In this document: one piece after another, positions 47,082-57,222 of the stretch
How positions within the stretch are numbered: the stretch's first letter is position 1
How the letters are laid out: the number at the start of each line of letters is the position of its first letter
Virus record (IMG/VR): IMGVR_UViG_3300050821_003357
Coordinates: 1,306-65,305 of that record
Length of the DNA: 64,000 nucleotides
Reading direction: 5' to 3' (one strand)
Origin: a virus
Taxonomy: Duplodnaviria > Caudoviricetes
Position numbers and translations under genes: made by a program
Notes under the pieces: generated by a model
What the model saw: the letters and a program-made list of their open reading frames with translations, nothing else
Database searches by the model: none
What the model was told of the DNA's origin: nothing

Positions 47082-47542
47082 CTAGCGGCTTGGATAGCGC
47101 GCTTGGCGTGCTGGTCGTAGCGGCGGTGGTGGCCATTGTGGGTGCCGTCCAGTCGATCATCAACAATCGCGCGGCCAGGAAACGACAACAGGATGATTGG
47201 GACCGGGCGGATGTTATTGACAAGCGGAAGGAAAAAGCAGCCGAAGAGGTCGCCACGCGAGCGGACGAGCGCGCCGCCGATGTCGCCGCTACCGCTAAAA
47301 TCGCCTCGAATACAGCGCAGAAAACCCTTGAGATAGCGACGACAACTCACAGTCTCGTCAATAGCAAGATGACAGAGGTCAAAGAGGGCACGCTCATAGC
47401 CCTGGAATTGGCGCTCGATGTGATAGGCGGAAACATCCCACCTCCAGAAAAGGTCCGAGCGTTGCGACAGCAAATCGCCGATTTGCGGGCAGAGTTGGTC
47501 GGGCGAGCCGCAATACAGGAAGACATCAACAGAGGAATCTGA
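47078..47542 (+). CDS. N-terminal TM plus coiled-coil protein (lysis region)
   Basis: One TM; HSLVNSKM. Confidence 0.6.
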   Translation: MTSGLDSALGVLVVAAVVAIVGAVQSIINNRAARKRQQDDWDRADVIDKRKEKAAEEVATRADERAADVAATAKIASNTAQKTLEIATTTHSLVNSKMTEVKEGTLIALELALDVIGGNIPPPEKVRALRQQIADLRAELVGRAAIQEDINRGI

Positions 47543-47545
47543 GTC

Positions 47546-47800
47546 ATGTGTTTCGGTCTGGCGTGGTTTGAGCAGCTCCTGATCTGGCTCGTCGTTATCT
47601 GTGTGGTCGTCGCGTTGCTGAGGCTATTGGTATCGTTCGTGCTGCCCAAGCTCGGGCTCGCTGGCGAGGTCTTCGCCTTCATCGTTGCCGCAGTGCGAAT
47701 AGTCATCTGGGGAATGGTCTGCATCTTCGCGATCATCGTCATCTTTGAATTGATTTCCTGCCTGTTGAGCGGCGGGGTCGGCATTCCTCGGATGCATTGA
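47546..47800 (+). CDS. small 2-TM membrane protein
   Basis: Almost wholly hydrophobic. Confidence 0.7.
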   Translation: MCFGLAWFEQLLIWLVVICVVVALLRLLVSFVLPKLGLAGEVFAFIVAAVRIVIWGMVCIFAIIVIFELISCLLSGGVGIPRMH

Positions 47801-47856
47801 AAAATGAGTGAAATTCGGACGATTTCACGCCGATTTCACGCCGAGAGCGGGAACTT

Positions 47857-48147
47857 TTGCCATATATATGCCACAGCGAAGCGACGCCATATCTCTCGGT
47901 TGCCGAAGTGGAGACGACTTGGTTCCACGACCTCTATACCTCGGGCGGATCGGCGCTGGCTGCGTTGTTAGGACTCTACACATATTGGCGCACCAGCAAG
48001 GCCGCCGAGCGTAGAGACATGATAGAGACAATCAAGCGCCAGGAAGAGGAAATCAAGGCGCTGAAGGACGAAAACCGGCTGCTTGGTAGAGAGAATGTCC
48101 GGTTGTTACGAGAGATTGCCAAGATCGACCACAACTGGCGACATTGA
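47857..48147 (+). CDS. TM plus coiled-coil protein
   Basis: GGSALAALLGLYTYW then heptads; start uncertain. Confidence 0.55.
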   Translation: MPYICHSEATPYLSVAEVETTWFHDLYTSGGSALAALLGLYTYWRTSKAAERRDMIETIKRQEEEIKALKDENRLLGRENVRLLREIAKIDHNWRH

Positions 48148-48383
48148 TTATGACCACGGCAACCATGATGGCCTGGGGCGCCATTGTCACATCGATACTG
48201 TCTGCGCTTGGCTTTCTGGCTGCTTTCGTGATTGCGTATCTGAGCCACGACACGACCAGTCAAAGCCTATTGGTCGGCGCGATCATCACCAATTTCTCAA
48301 CCGCCGTCTCGTTCTGGCTCGGCAGCTCGTCGGGGAGCCAAAAAAAGGATGATCAGATCGCCAAGCTATCGGAGAAGCCATGA
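48144..48383 (+). CDS. putative holin
   Basis: Two TMs ending FWLGSSSGSQKKD. Confidence 0.7.
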   Translation: MIMTTATMMAWGAIVTSILSALGFLAAFVIAYLSHDTTSQSLLVGAIITNFSTAVSFWLGSSSGSQKKDDQIAKLSEKP

Positions 48384-48483
48384 ACAGGCTCGTTGTCGCG
48401 TTCGCTGCCGGGGCCGTCGCATCCCTGATCGTCTGCGAGGCACTAGGCTTCTCTCACGTTATGGGGTGGATGTGATGAATCAT

Positions 48484-48618
48484 GCTGCGGCAGAGCTGAA
48501 AGTAGGCTCTCGGCTGGGGTGGCCCCCGTGTATCCCGTCCACGACATCGGTTAGGGTCTGGGTTAGCGAAAGCGCCCTAACGGGACACAAGCAGGGTAGT
48601 GCCCTGCCCGCAGCGCCA
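48484..48618 (+). ncRNA. tRNA-like RNA with enlarged centre and encoded CCA
   Basis: Acceptor GCTGCGG/CCGCAGC + G + CCA; D stem GAGC/GCTC; T stem GCAGG/CCTGC with non-canonical 7-nt loop. Confidence 0.7.
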
Positions 48619-48632
48619 ACGGACAAAACCAT

Positions 48633-49448
48633 ATGAACAGGCTCATTGCGTGCCTATTGCCTGCGGCTCTTGCTGCGTGCGCGGGACAACAGGCCGGGCC
48701 ACCTGGGATTCCATCCTTTGCTGACATAGGCACCGCGCAGGCAGCACTCCAAAATTGGTCCGCTCCCGGCGCCCCAACCGCCATGCTGAACATCGGTACG
48801 GTGCTCGACGATCAGGGCTGCTACGGATGGTTTGATCAACAGGTGCTCGCGGGTCAGAAGGGCACCTTCTTACAAAGCCTCCTAGGCCTCGGCGGTGGCG
48901 GCGCCGCTATCGCGGGCGGACCGGCTGGCTTAGCGGCAGCCGGCGCCATGGGGCTCGCCAGCGGGGCTCTGGGAGCTGCCCAAGCCAATTCCCCAACTGG
49001 GACCAACCCAGTTGCAGCATACGCGCTTACCAAGCGGCAACGCGATGTATGGCGATCCGCCGTCGCTGTCGATCCACCGCAGACGCCGGACGTGGCCTGG
49101 GTAGACCTCAACTCCTATCATCAATACTGCACGCTCAGCGGCATCCAGCTCGCGGTTGCGCAAGCGGCCATGACAAGCCCGGTGACGGTGGTTCCGACGC
49201 CGATGGCGCCTCTCCCGGTGTCTGTGCCGTCGCCGCCGCCTCCAGCGCTGCCGCCGCCATCACTTCCGCCGAAGCCAGTCCAACCTTTGCCGGTTCCGCC
49301 ACCGCCGCCGAGCGTTTCGCAACCGGGCGGTCCGATCGTCACTCCAAACTTCCGCACTTTTGAGCAGGCACCGCCGAAGACGCCTGGGGGGGCGACCCAG
49401 TACGGGACGGTCGCGGTTCCTCCGCAGACCTGTGTGGGGTGCCGATAA
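48633..49448 (+). CDS. Pro-rich lipoprotein (possible spanin component)
   Basis: LAAC lipobox; poly-Pro C-terminus; between holin and endolysin. Confidence 0.65.
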   Translation: MNRLIACLLPAALAACAGQQAGPPGIPSFADIGTAQAALQNWSAPGAPTAMLNIGTVLDDQGCYGWFDQQVLAGQKGTFLQSLLGLGGGGAAIAGGPAGLAAAGAMGLASGALGAAQANSPTGTNPVAAYALTKRQRDVWRSAVAVDPPQTPDVAWVDLNSYHQYCTLSGIQLAVAQAAMTSPVTVVPTPMAPLPVSVPSPPPPALPPPSLPPKPVQPLPVPPPPPSVSQPGGPIVTPNFRTFEQAPPKTPGGATQYGTVAVPPQTCVGCR

Positions 49449-49979
49449 GTGGCGGTCGGCCTCTCGTCCGCTCAGCGGACGTATCTCGGTATGGTGCGGC
49501 AGACCCTCGCTGCACATCCAAAATGGCAGTATCTCGACCCCGCTTGGATCATGACCATTATGGACATCGAGAGCGGAAATAACCCTAATGCCGGACCGAA
49601 CGGCGCTGGCCGCTATGACGGCCTCATGCAAGTCATCCCTCCGACCGCTGCGGCGATGGCTACGCTTTACGGCATCCAGGCCGGGCCTCAAACCAATCCA
49701 ATGGTCTCGATCCAATCCGGGATCGGGTATCTCGACGACAGCGCGCGGAGCATCGCCAAATTCCGTAATGTGCCGTCAATCCCGCTGTGGGATCTCGCGC
49801 AAGCCTACAACGAAGGCTTCGGGGCCGTGGAGGCATGGAAGGTGGACGCGGCCTATCTCGCAAAATTCCAGGGCGAGCTGCCGATCATCGAGGCGCAGAT
49901 GGAGGCTACGGCGATGCTTACGAATAAGCCGAGCTTTGTGCCGCGAGGGATGAGGAGCGTTATGCCCATCAGTGCGTAA
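49449..49979 (+). CDS. SLT-domain lytic transglycosylase (endolysin)
   Basis: IESGNNPNA, GLMQV.P.TA, AYNEG. Confidence 0.88.
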   Translation: MAVGLSSAQRTYLGMVRQTLAAHPKWQYLDPAWIMTIMDIESGNNPNAGPNGAGRYDGLMQVIPPTAAAMATLYGIQAGPQTNPMVSIQSGIGYLDDSARSIAKFRNVPSIPLWDLAQAYNEGFGAVEAWKVDAAYLAKFQGELPIIEAQMEATAMLTNKPSFVPRGMRSVMPISA

Positions 49980-50016
49980 GAGAGGCAGGGAGGCTTCTAA
50001 CGGAAGGATACGGAAA

Positions 50017-50220
50017 ATGAAGCTCGAAACGTGGACCAGCGCTGAGGAAAAGCATCGCTGGATGATTGTCCGCCTCGATGATTTTACCGAAGTGGCGGGA
50101 GAGATTATTACCGCCGACGACGAGACTGGCGAATGCTGTGTTCAAGTCGATGCCAATAGCGAGCACAAGACGCTATCATTCGGTCCCGGTGGGATCAGGA
50201 TCGTCGGTAGGCGCAGGTAA
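50017..50220 (+). CDS. hypothetical protein
   Basis: AAGGA RBS; last rightward late ORF. Confidence 0.6.
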   Translation: MKLETWTSAEEKHRWMIVRLDDFTEVAGEIITADDETGECCVQVDANSEHKTLSFGPGGIRIVGRRR

Positions 50221-51964
50221 TTCCTCGCCTAGTACGGCGAGTAGATAAATTTCCATAGGGGTATGAGGCGGCCCTAGCCCACGCGAAAACCAATTTACAG
50301 CCCTATGTATCGCCGCCCGCAGCCGCTCGATCTCCACGTGTAGCCGCGCGATCTCCTCTCGCTGCTCGGCGATCATCCGCTCATAGCCGTTCATTCTTCG
50401 GTCCATTCGATATGGACAGTGTAAGGGCCGGGAAGTGGATCAAGGCTCCGATAAAACGGTATTAGATCATTGGGCATGAAGGTGGCCCTATAGAGGACCG
50501 TGCTGTCACTCTTCATGTACCAGATCCGCGCCGACTTATTGCGCGATGCTGTCTCAGGTAAGAAATCCATTTCAATACATCCGCTCGTAGCCGTTCATTT
50601 TCTGCTCCTCTCCTGCCCCGGCTCAAGGCTGGGCTGCCATTAGTGTTTTTGCCCATTCACTTTATCCGCGAACATCATTAGCACCATAGGCACATAGGCT
50701 CGCCAGAAGCGTTCTGAATCATCGTGATCAGCCCATGCGTTGTGTAATTCGCGAGCCGTCCGCTCAGCTAGAGCGGACGAATTCGCAGTACTAATCTGCT
50801 GCTCAAACTCCCGCCTGAAATTTCGAGGAAAGTTGTCGTAGTAGCAAAGTGTCTTCCACCATCCCCACATTCGGCCGTTCATTTTCTGCCCCGCTCGGGG
50901 GCGAGCCGTTTATAGCAGTCCTCGCAGACGATGGCGCATTCGGTTTTATCGAAACCAGGAAAGACATCGGCCAACTCGGCCGTAGCCTCTTCGTCTGTCC
51001 AGCCCATGTCGAACACGCCGGTACATGCGGCGCAGCGATATTGGTTCGGCCCTACCGTCGTATCAGGTTCGGTCATTTCCTGCCCTTCTCCTCACTCATC
51101 CCAAATCGGATCGCGACGACGATTTCCCGCACGACGCGATTTTTTGTGTTTGTCGGGACTCCCTGTATCCATGCCCGCGCAATCTCGGCGCACCGCTCGC
51201 GCTCCTCCTCACGGGCAGCGGCTACCATCTCTGGCAGATCCGCGGGTTTCGGTAGCTTATGATCGGGCGGGGGATGTTCAATCCAGCGCTTCAGTGTGGC
51301 GGGGTCTGCCTGTATCCAGGATGCGACCACGTCGTGCGCTCTCATCCATGCCAATGCATTGGCCTGCGTTTCCGCGTGGCCGACGCGCTCCTCCTCGCGG
51401 GCCTCGGCGATAGTGGAGATCAAGGCGGCAATGTCGGGCTCTTCGCCAGTCGGAGGAGCCAAGTCGCCATACCACTGATCAGCCCACGCCATCGCCATCT
51501 TTCGGTCGCGCTCAGTCGGCTCGGTCATTTCCTGCTCCTCGGCTACCAAAGTAAACCAACAATGGCGCCGACTAAGAGGCCAACAAACGCGCCGATCCGA
51601 AATCCGCGATAATACGCAAGCTTTGATTGCTCACGCCATTGATGTCGTTCGGCCAAGAGTTGTTGTACTAAGCCGGAGATGTCAGCCTCACTTGCCGGAT
51701 ATCCTAGAGCATTAGTCATTTCCGTCTCCTCTCCTCGCTCGCATCATGGGCCGCAATTAGGGCGCGACAGACATCATCTACGGTGACGTACATTAGCGCG
51801 TCAGGATAGGCGATACGCCCAGCCGGCACCTTCGGCCGAAGCTCCTCAAAAAATCTGACGCGCTGACCAAACAGCAGGTCGCGTTGTATCCGTCGCACGC
51901 GGCGCATGTTCGCGGCCCAGCGCCGATCATTCAGCCACCACCCGAATTTGCCTCTTGTGCTCAT
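50176..51964 (-). other. array of 7 small leftward hypothetical genes (50176-50394, 50391-50570, 50640-50882, 50879-51076, 51073-51528, 51543-51719, 51716-51964)
   Basis: ATGA-coupled ORFs with similar starts (MNG.., MTEP..). Confidence 0.65.
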
Positions 51965-52011
51965 TGGTGTCTCCTTGGTGTCGGCCTATTCGGGATGTCG
52001 CTTCTCCAAAA

Positions 52012-52239
52012 GAATGGTATAGCGTATGGGAAAACTCCAGCGCCGGGCTCTATCTTATTATAATAATTACAACAACATAGCAAAATCGGCGGACACCCCA
52101 TCCGCTGCCACGGCAGGCATATCGCAAGATATTGCAATATGATAGCGCCCACGTCAGGGGCTTACGGGCTACCAAAAGGCGACATCAAACGACATCAAAC
52201 GACATCAAACGACGGCGCGAGTATGGGGCGGAGTATGGG
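52012..52239. promoter_or_regulatory. attP-like site
   Basis: Core GCGGA-CACCCCA-TCCGC (52089-52105), CGACATCAAA x3 (52180-52209), GTATGGG arm-like repeats on both sides. Confidence 0.65.
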
Positions 52240-52417
52240 ACACCTCGCCGAGCTTCCGGCGAAAAGCGTCCGCCGGGATGCGCCGGGTACCGGCGATCTT
52301 GACCGACTTCACGACGCGATCCCTGATCCACCGCTGCACGGTGCGCTCGCTGACGCCGTTCAGCTCAGCGAACTCGCGCGTGGAATAGGTCAGCCGCTCC
52401 ATCGTTCGGTCGGTCAT
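52205..52417 (-). CDS. xis: excisionase-like HTH protein
   Basis: YSTREFAELNGVSERTVQRWI...VKIAGTRRIP. Confidence 0.8.
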   Translation of the reverse strand: MTDRTMERLTYSTREFAELNGVSERTVQRWIRDRVVKSVKIAGTRRIPADAFRRKLGEVSHTPPHTRAVV

Positions 52418-52459
52418 TTCGAGATGCGCTCGGCTACGTCGCGGACGGTGAGGGTGCGC

Positions 52460-53078
52460 TCAATCATCTTCACAGCTTGCGCAATAGGTGATCCGACCGG
52501 CATGTGTTAGCTGATAACCCGACACCGTCACAGGGAACCTGCCGCTGAACTTCCTCTGCATCGGCTCCAACAATCCGTCGTCGCATAAATCTTGAAAGAC
52601 CTTTGCCTTCGACTGAAACGGCAAGCATCCTGCGATCTCAGCGGCGAATACCCTTTCGAGGGCTTTCAAAGTCTTTTGGCTCATTTTCCACCAGCGAGCC
52701 TTCGCCGCCACCCGTCGATTGCTGGCGTCGGCCTCCCTAAGAGCACGTTCCCGATCTCCCGATAAGTCAATTGCTGCTCTTTAGAGGTCATCCCTCCATC
52801 GAGGCTCAGTCGCTCAAAAGCCCATTGGAGGGCGTCCCGATAGCGTATCTCATCCGTCATTCTGCCCAGTCTCCGTCAATCTCATCATCTTGCGAACGCC
52901 GCTTCGGCAGGGCGAGAATCCTTCCCATGCAGTCGATATAGGCCAGAAGTTTTGGCACTTCGGATACGTATTCGATCGTCGCGCGGAGCACGAACCGCAT
53001 GCGCTCCCCAGAGGTTTCCAGGTAAGAATTAAAGCCGGGATACTGAGCTATTGCGCTAGCTCGACGCCACTCGCTCAT
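52460..53078 (-). other. three small hypothetical genes (52460-52684, 52681-52860, 52857-53078)
   Basis: ATGA-coupled ORFs. Confidence 0.55.
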
Positions 53079-53461
53079 TTGTGCAATCCAATCGCTTGTC
53101 GTGCCCTGAAAACGATCCTCTCCCCAGCCTCTTGATCGCCTGAGATCGTCCATAGGCGGAAAGCAACGTTGAGCGGATCGATCCTAAGTTCGGCCCAAAA
53201 TGAAAGTTCGCCTTTGTGCTGACGGGCATGACAGACGACGCAGAGCGGTACGGTATAGCGATCGCTAGGCTTCATCCCCGCGCCACCGTCTGTCCCGATA
53301 CGGACATGCGCCGCTTGGTTACGGATCGGCATCATCACCTGTCTACCACACGCTACACACGGCAGATCCCGCACAAAGTCGAGATGCTGCTCCTTCCGGC
53401 GCAGGTTAGGCGGGCGAGTGCCCTTCGGCACGTCGCGCGCTATGCGGGGTGGGTGCGTCAC
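53075..53461 (-). CDS. DUF968-like HNH nuclease
   Basis: HLDFVRDLPCVACG, AAHVR, KPSDRYTVPLCVVCH..QH. Confidence 0.85.
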   Translation of the reverse strand: MTHPPRIARDVPKGTRPPNLRRKEQHLDFVRDLPCVACGRQVMMPIRNQAAHVRIGTDGGAGMKPSDRYTVPLCVVCHARQHKGELSFWAELRIDPLNVAFRLWTISGDQEAGERIVFRARQAIGLHK

Positions 53462-54207
53462 GGTACGGCTTCCAGACTGGCGTGCAGCCTGTCCTTGAGC
53501 GCGGCTGGCGGTGGAAGTGATGCCAGCGCCTTTTGTTTCTGCTCCATCCAGTCTGGACACAGACGCTTGCTCGCCTCGTCCAAATAGTGGTTGAAGCCTC
53601 GGAGCCCGCTGGCAAGAGCGCTGATGTAATCTTCGTCGCGATCAACCCTGATGCAGACCTTGAGATCCACCAGTTTCGGATGGTATGACACGATATCGAC
53701 CCATCGGCGCTCGCTGACATAAAGTTGGCCCTGCAATTGGACCCAATACCGTTGATCGAGTGAGCCGGGGTTGAGGAAATAGCCCATATGGGTTCCGCCC
53801 TTTGGCGATTTGAACTCAACCAATCCATCATCGCCCGCGAACCGATCAGGCGAGCAGCCGAGTTTCCAATCGTCCGTGGTAATAAAGCCGATGTCTCTAG
53901 TATCCACATCATTGGCGAGTTCGTACCACTGGACTGCATCCGGCTCGCGCTCTTCGCCCTGTACCATCCAGGGTCCGCGATATTCTTCTACTTCTTTTTC
54001 TCCAGCCTTGCGCTCGAATAGCAGTTTATGGGCGTAGGTTTCCCATTGGTCAGACTCGTGGCCAAACGGATATTTGGGCGCTCTGCCGGTTGGTGTCGGT
54101 TTCTGTGGCGGCGTCCAAATCTTGTCGAACTCAGACGACGTTGCAATGCCGAGTCGCAACTTCTCCCATCGTTCCGAGCGTTGCGTCACGTTATGCAGTA
54201 TTGCCAT
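53458..54207 (-). CDS. YqaJ/lambda-type exonuclease
   Basis: QRSERWEKLRLG..TSS, GCSPD, VEFKSP, QLQGQL. Confidence 0.92.
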   Translation of the reverse strand: MAILHNVTQRSERWEKLRLGIATSSEFDKIWTPPQKPTPTGRAPKYPFGHESDQWETYAHKLLFERKAGEKEVEEYRGPWMVQGEEREPDAVQWYELANDVDTRDIGFITTDDWKLGCSPDRFAGDDGLVEFKSPKGGTHMGYFLNPGSLDQRYWVQLQGQLYVSERRWVDIVSYHPKLVDLKVCIRVDRDEDYISALASGLRGFNHYLDEASKRLCPDWMEQKQKALASLPPPAALKDRLHASLEAVP

Positions 54208-54389
54208 TAACAATAACTCGTTTCAAGCATGGTGATGATCTCGTCCAGTGCGTCAGCGTGGCCTATTGTATAAGAATACTTGCTCGCATGATTGGCGCGC
54301 CACGTTGGCGATTCCAAGTTTCCCATATCTGATCGGTGGCGCTTCACCAACTCTTTTATTGCTTCATCTATTGTCAGTTGTCTCGGCAT
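54207..54389 (-). CDS. small hypothetical protein
   Basis: 60-aa ORF between recombination genes. Confidence 0.5.
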   Translation of the reverse strand: MPRQLTIDEAIKELVKRHRSDMGNLESPTWRANHASKYSYTIGHADALDEIITMLETSYC

Positions 54390-55158
54390 CGCCTTTATCC
54401 TTTGCTGCCATTTTGATCAGTTCGTCTAGTGCGTTGAGCGCCTTGCCGAGATCGCTTTTGGGAATCGTGGCAATAATTTCTTCGACTGTAGAGGGCAGGC
54501 GCATGTATTTGAGGAATTTCCCCTTGTTGATCTTGCCCTGCTCCATCCGTTCAAGAATATCGTCAATTTCCTCATCGCTGATCGGACCGCCGTTGCCGTC
54601 GTCGTCCAAGTTTTTGAAGACGACATTGAAGATCCCGCAGTGAAGGTAACGCCGCAGATACGTGTCTGTAGAGCCAATGCCGTGCAATACGGTTTTGGTG
54701 GCCCCACCTTTCGGGCCGACGTTGTCAGGCGGCCCCTCGCGATAAAATCGCTCGGTGTGGCCGGCGACATGCGAGCACCGGCATTCTACCCGTACCCAGC
54801 CCTGAGTTAGTGGCGCAATGGTATTGTCGGAGAGCGAGAATCCGTGTTTGATATAGATCGGTCGAATGGCGCGATCGATATCCTCCAGCTTGGCGTACCA
54901 GTGGTGGTCTTCCTTGTTTTGGATGGTGCGCGCGACCGGCTCGATTTCTGCCTGCGCCCGGTTCATCGCTTCATTAAACTGGCGCTGGGCCTCTTGCGCC
55001 ATCACGCGCTCATGTAGCGCAACCATCCGCTCAAGTGTATCCGCTGTCGCTTTAGGATCCAGCGCGACTCGCTCGATCAGCGCCAGGACGCCACCACCGT
55101 TGGTGGTCGTGGCAGGCTCTTCGGCCGTGCTCGCCGCTTCACTACGCGATTCACTCAT
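54364..55158 (-). CDS. ERF-family single-strand annealing protein
   Basis: YAKLEDI, KHGFSLS, H..GH, GST.TYLRRY, DDDGN. Confidence 0.9.
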   Translation of the reverse strand: MSESRSEAASTAEEPATTTNGGGVLALIERVALDPKATADTLERMVALHERVMAQEAQRQFNEAMNRAQAEIEPVARTIQNKEDHHWYAKLEDIDRAIRPIYIKHGFSLSDNTIAPLTQGWVRVECRCSHVAGHTERFYREGPPDNVGPKGGATKTVLHGIGSTDTYLRRYLHCGIFNVVFKNLDDDGNGGPISDEEIDDILERMEQGKINKGKFLKYMRLPSTVEEIIATIPKSDLGKALNALDELIKMAAKDKGDAETTDNR

Positions 55159-55161
55159 TCG

Positions 55162-55365
55162 TCATGCTCCGGTTATCCGATAACCAAGACCGATTAGGTA
55201 TTTCGCGAGTCGCTCGCTGGTTTCATTCTCGTCCCAAAAGTCTGGGACTTGGTTGCCAGCGCCGATCTCCTGGTCGATCCAATTTCCGATATGACCACAC
55301 AACCACGCTTCGGCATCACTCCAATCAACATCGCTCGCCGCTACACTACGCGACCGTTCGCTCAT
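55162..55365 (-). CDS. small hypothetical protein
   Basis: Coupled ORF. Confidence 0.55.
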   Translation of the reverse strand: MSERSRSVAASDVDWSDAEAWLCGHIGNWIDQEIGAGNQVPDFWDENETSERLAKYLIGLGYRITGA

Positions 55366-56003
55366 TGCTCACTCCACTTCAGGCTCCGGAAGAAGCTCTG
55401 GCCATCCTCGATCGACACCGTGCCATCACGGCAGACGGCGCGGCAGATCCTTATCTCCCAGCGACGGTCCTTTTTCAGCGCTTCGGGGAGCGGTTGCGGC
55501 CACAGGTTAGCCACTGTGTCAGCCCCGCCAAGGCAGCGTGGAATCAGGTGGTCAAGTTCGTAGTTGCGATGCTGGGCGTAGGGGATGCCGTACAGCTCGA
55601 ATACATACCGCGCAGTCTCGCGATAAGCCGCTCCGCTGAGCCGCGGCGTCGAGCGATCGAAGGCGCATGCCTGCTCTTTGTTGGTGTAATACACTGCGCC
55701 GGGCGTGAATGCGGGAAAGGGCAATGACTGCGCCTGAGCGGCAGACGCCAGCGCGAGGCCGGCGCAGAAGGCAATGGGGCGGCTTGCCCTCGCTGCACGT
55801 TTGCGGAACTCATAGACCCGAGAATTTAGGTCTAACCAGTCCTCGGCATCGAGGATAGAACGCTCCACTTTCAGGACGCGCTCGACCGCATCGGCCAGAT
55901 ACCCGGCGTGCTCAATCGCGAAATCCTTAGCATCGCGGCCCAGGTGATCAGTCACATCCATCCGACCGAAGCAGCGGCGCCAGAGGGCAATGGGGCGGAT
56001 CAT
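55362..56003 (-). CDS. HNH-like nuclease with internal signal-peptide-like segment
   Basis: YELDHLIPRCLGGADTVANLWPQP; AFCAGLALASAAQA/Q. Confidence 0.72.
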   Translation of the reverse strand: MIRPIALWRRCFGRMDVTDHLGRDAKDFAIEHAGYLADAVERVLKVERSILDAEDWLDLNSRVYEFRKRAARASRPIAFCAGLALASAAQAQSLPFPAFTPGAVYYTNKEQACAFDRSTPRLSGAAYRETARYVFELYGIPYAQHRNYELDHLIPRCLGGADTVANLWPQPLPEALKKDRRWEIRICRAVCRDGTVSIEDGQSFFRSLKWSEQ

Positions 56004-57191
56004 CGGTCCGACAGCCAGTCGGCGAGCTGCTTGATTTGAGCTTCGCTGAGCCGCTCGCGCAAAAAGACGACCTTGTCGCTCCAATACGCTACCCGCGATA
56101 GCTCGCTGGGGGCGAACTCCACTTCCATCACTACGCCATTCTGGCGGTCCTCGAGGCGCACCGTGAAGCCTTCGGCGGCTATGACGAATCTTTGTTTCAT
56201 TTCATCATCCAATTTCCAAGATGGTCATCCAGCCTCGCGCTAACTCGTAACTGTCAACGACGCCGTATGGTATTCGCGTCGGCGGCGAGACTTGCCACTC
56301 ACTGTAATCGCCGCTCATCATTCCGTAATAAGTCCCAAGGCAACGCAAGTTCTCTTTCAGGCGTCCATATTCATACCGTCCATCCGAAAGTTTTTGCGCG
56401 TAAGTGCCGTATTTCATAATTCGCTCCCACTGTAACCACGACTGATGTCGCGCAGGATGGGGGTATCGTCTGCGCCCCAACTCTCCTCAAGTGCGCGGTA
56501 GCGTTTATCGAGTTCCGCGTCCACCAGCGCGAGTTCCGCCTCGTAGTACCGTTCTGCATTAGAGCCGATTGGTGTGGCGTTATAGAGTTCGTGCAGCTTC
56601 AGCTCTCGATCCAGCAATTCTTCGCGGCTCAAGGAGGATAGATCAGTCAAGGTTTTTGTCCTTCTGCATGGCCTCGATGTAGATGCGCTCAATCTCACGC
56701 GATTTTTCTTGGTTCTGAGGCTGGCGATACCACCACTGCAGCCATTTGTAATAATTACCGTCTCGATCTGGCTCTGGATCGTCGGGGCCGTCTGGAAAGA
56801 ACTCGCAGGGTCCTCGGATCATTGGATGCACCCCATTCCAGTTACCAGTGGTATGAGCCACATGCCGATTGCCCCAAGGACTAGCCCTGCTACGAAAGTT
56901 TTCAACATCATCGCACCGCTCCCCGCTTGGGTATGGCTATATGTGACGCTCGGTAATGGCAGAGGCTCGACGCACGATTTCGATGACCTGATCGAGTTTG
57001 CCCAACTCACTGGAAGTGAGGCGGCAAGTAAGACGCAAATGCCGTAATTGGCGACAAGCCTGCAGCATAGCGTCGGCAACGATCTTGGACTCGTCTGGAG
57101 TCATTCCTTCGTCGCCATCGAAGCCGCACTCAGGACATGCCTTCTCCATCGGCTCTGGCATGTTTGGGTTGAAATCATCCGGCATGGTCAT
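56000..57191 (-). other. PL-proximal array of small hypothetical genes
   Basis: About six coupled ORFs of 30-95 aa. Confidence 0.55.
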
Positions 57192-57222
57192 CGATAGGTG
57201 CTCCCCGCTTGGGTATGGGGAG

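Noticed and set aside
48484-48618. Canonical decoding tRNA
   Set aside because: No TTC T-loop or standard anticodon arm; kept only as tRNA-like ncRNA
48349-48636. 95-aa ORF across the lysis intergenic region
   Set aside because: No RBS or motif; region better explained by the structured RNA
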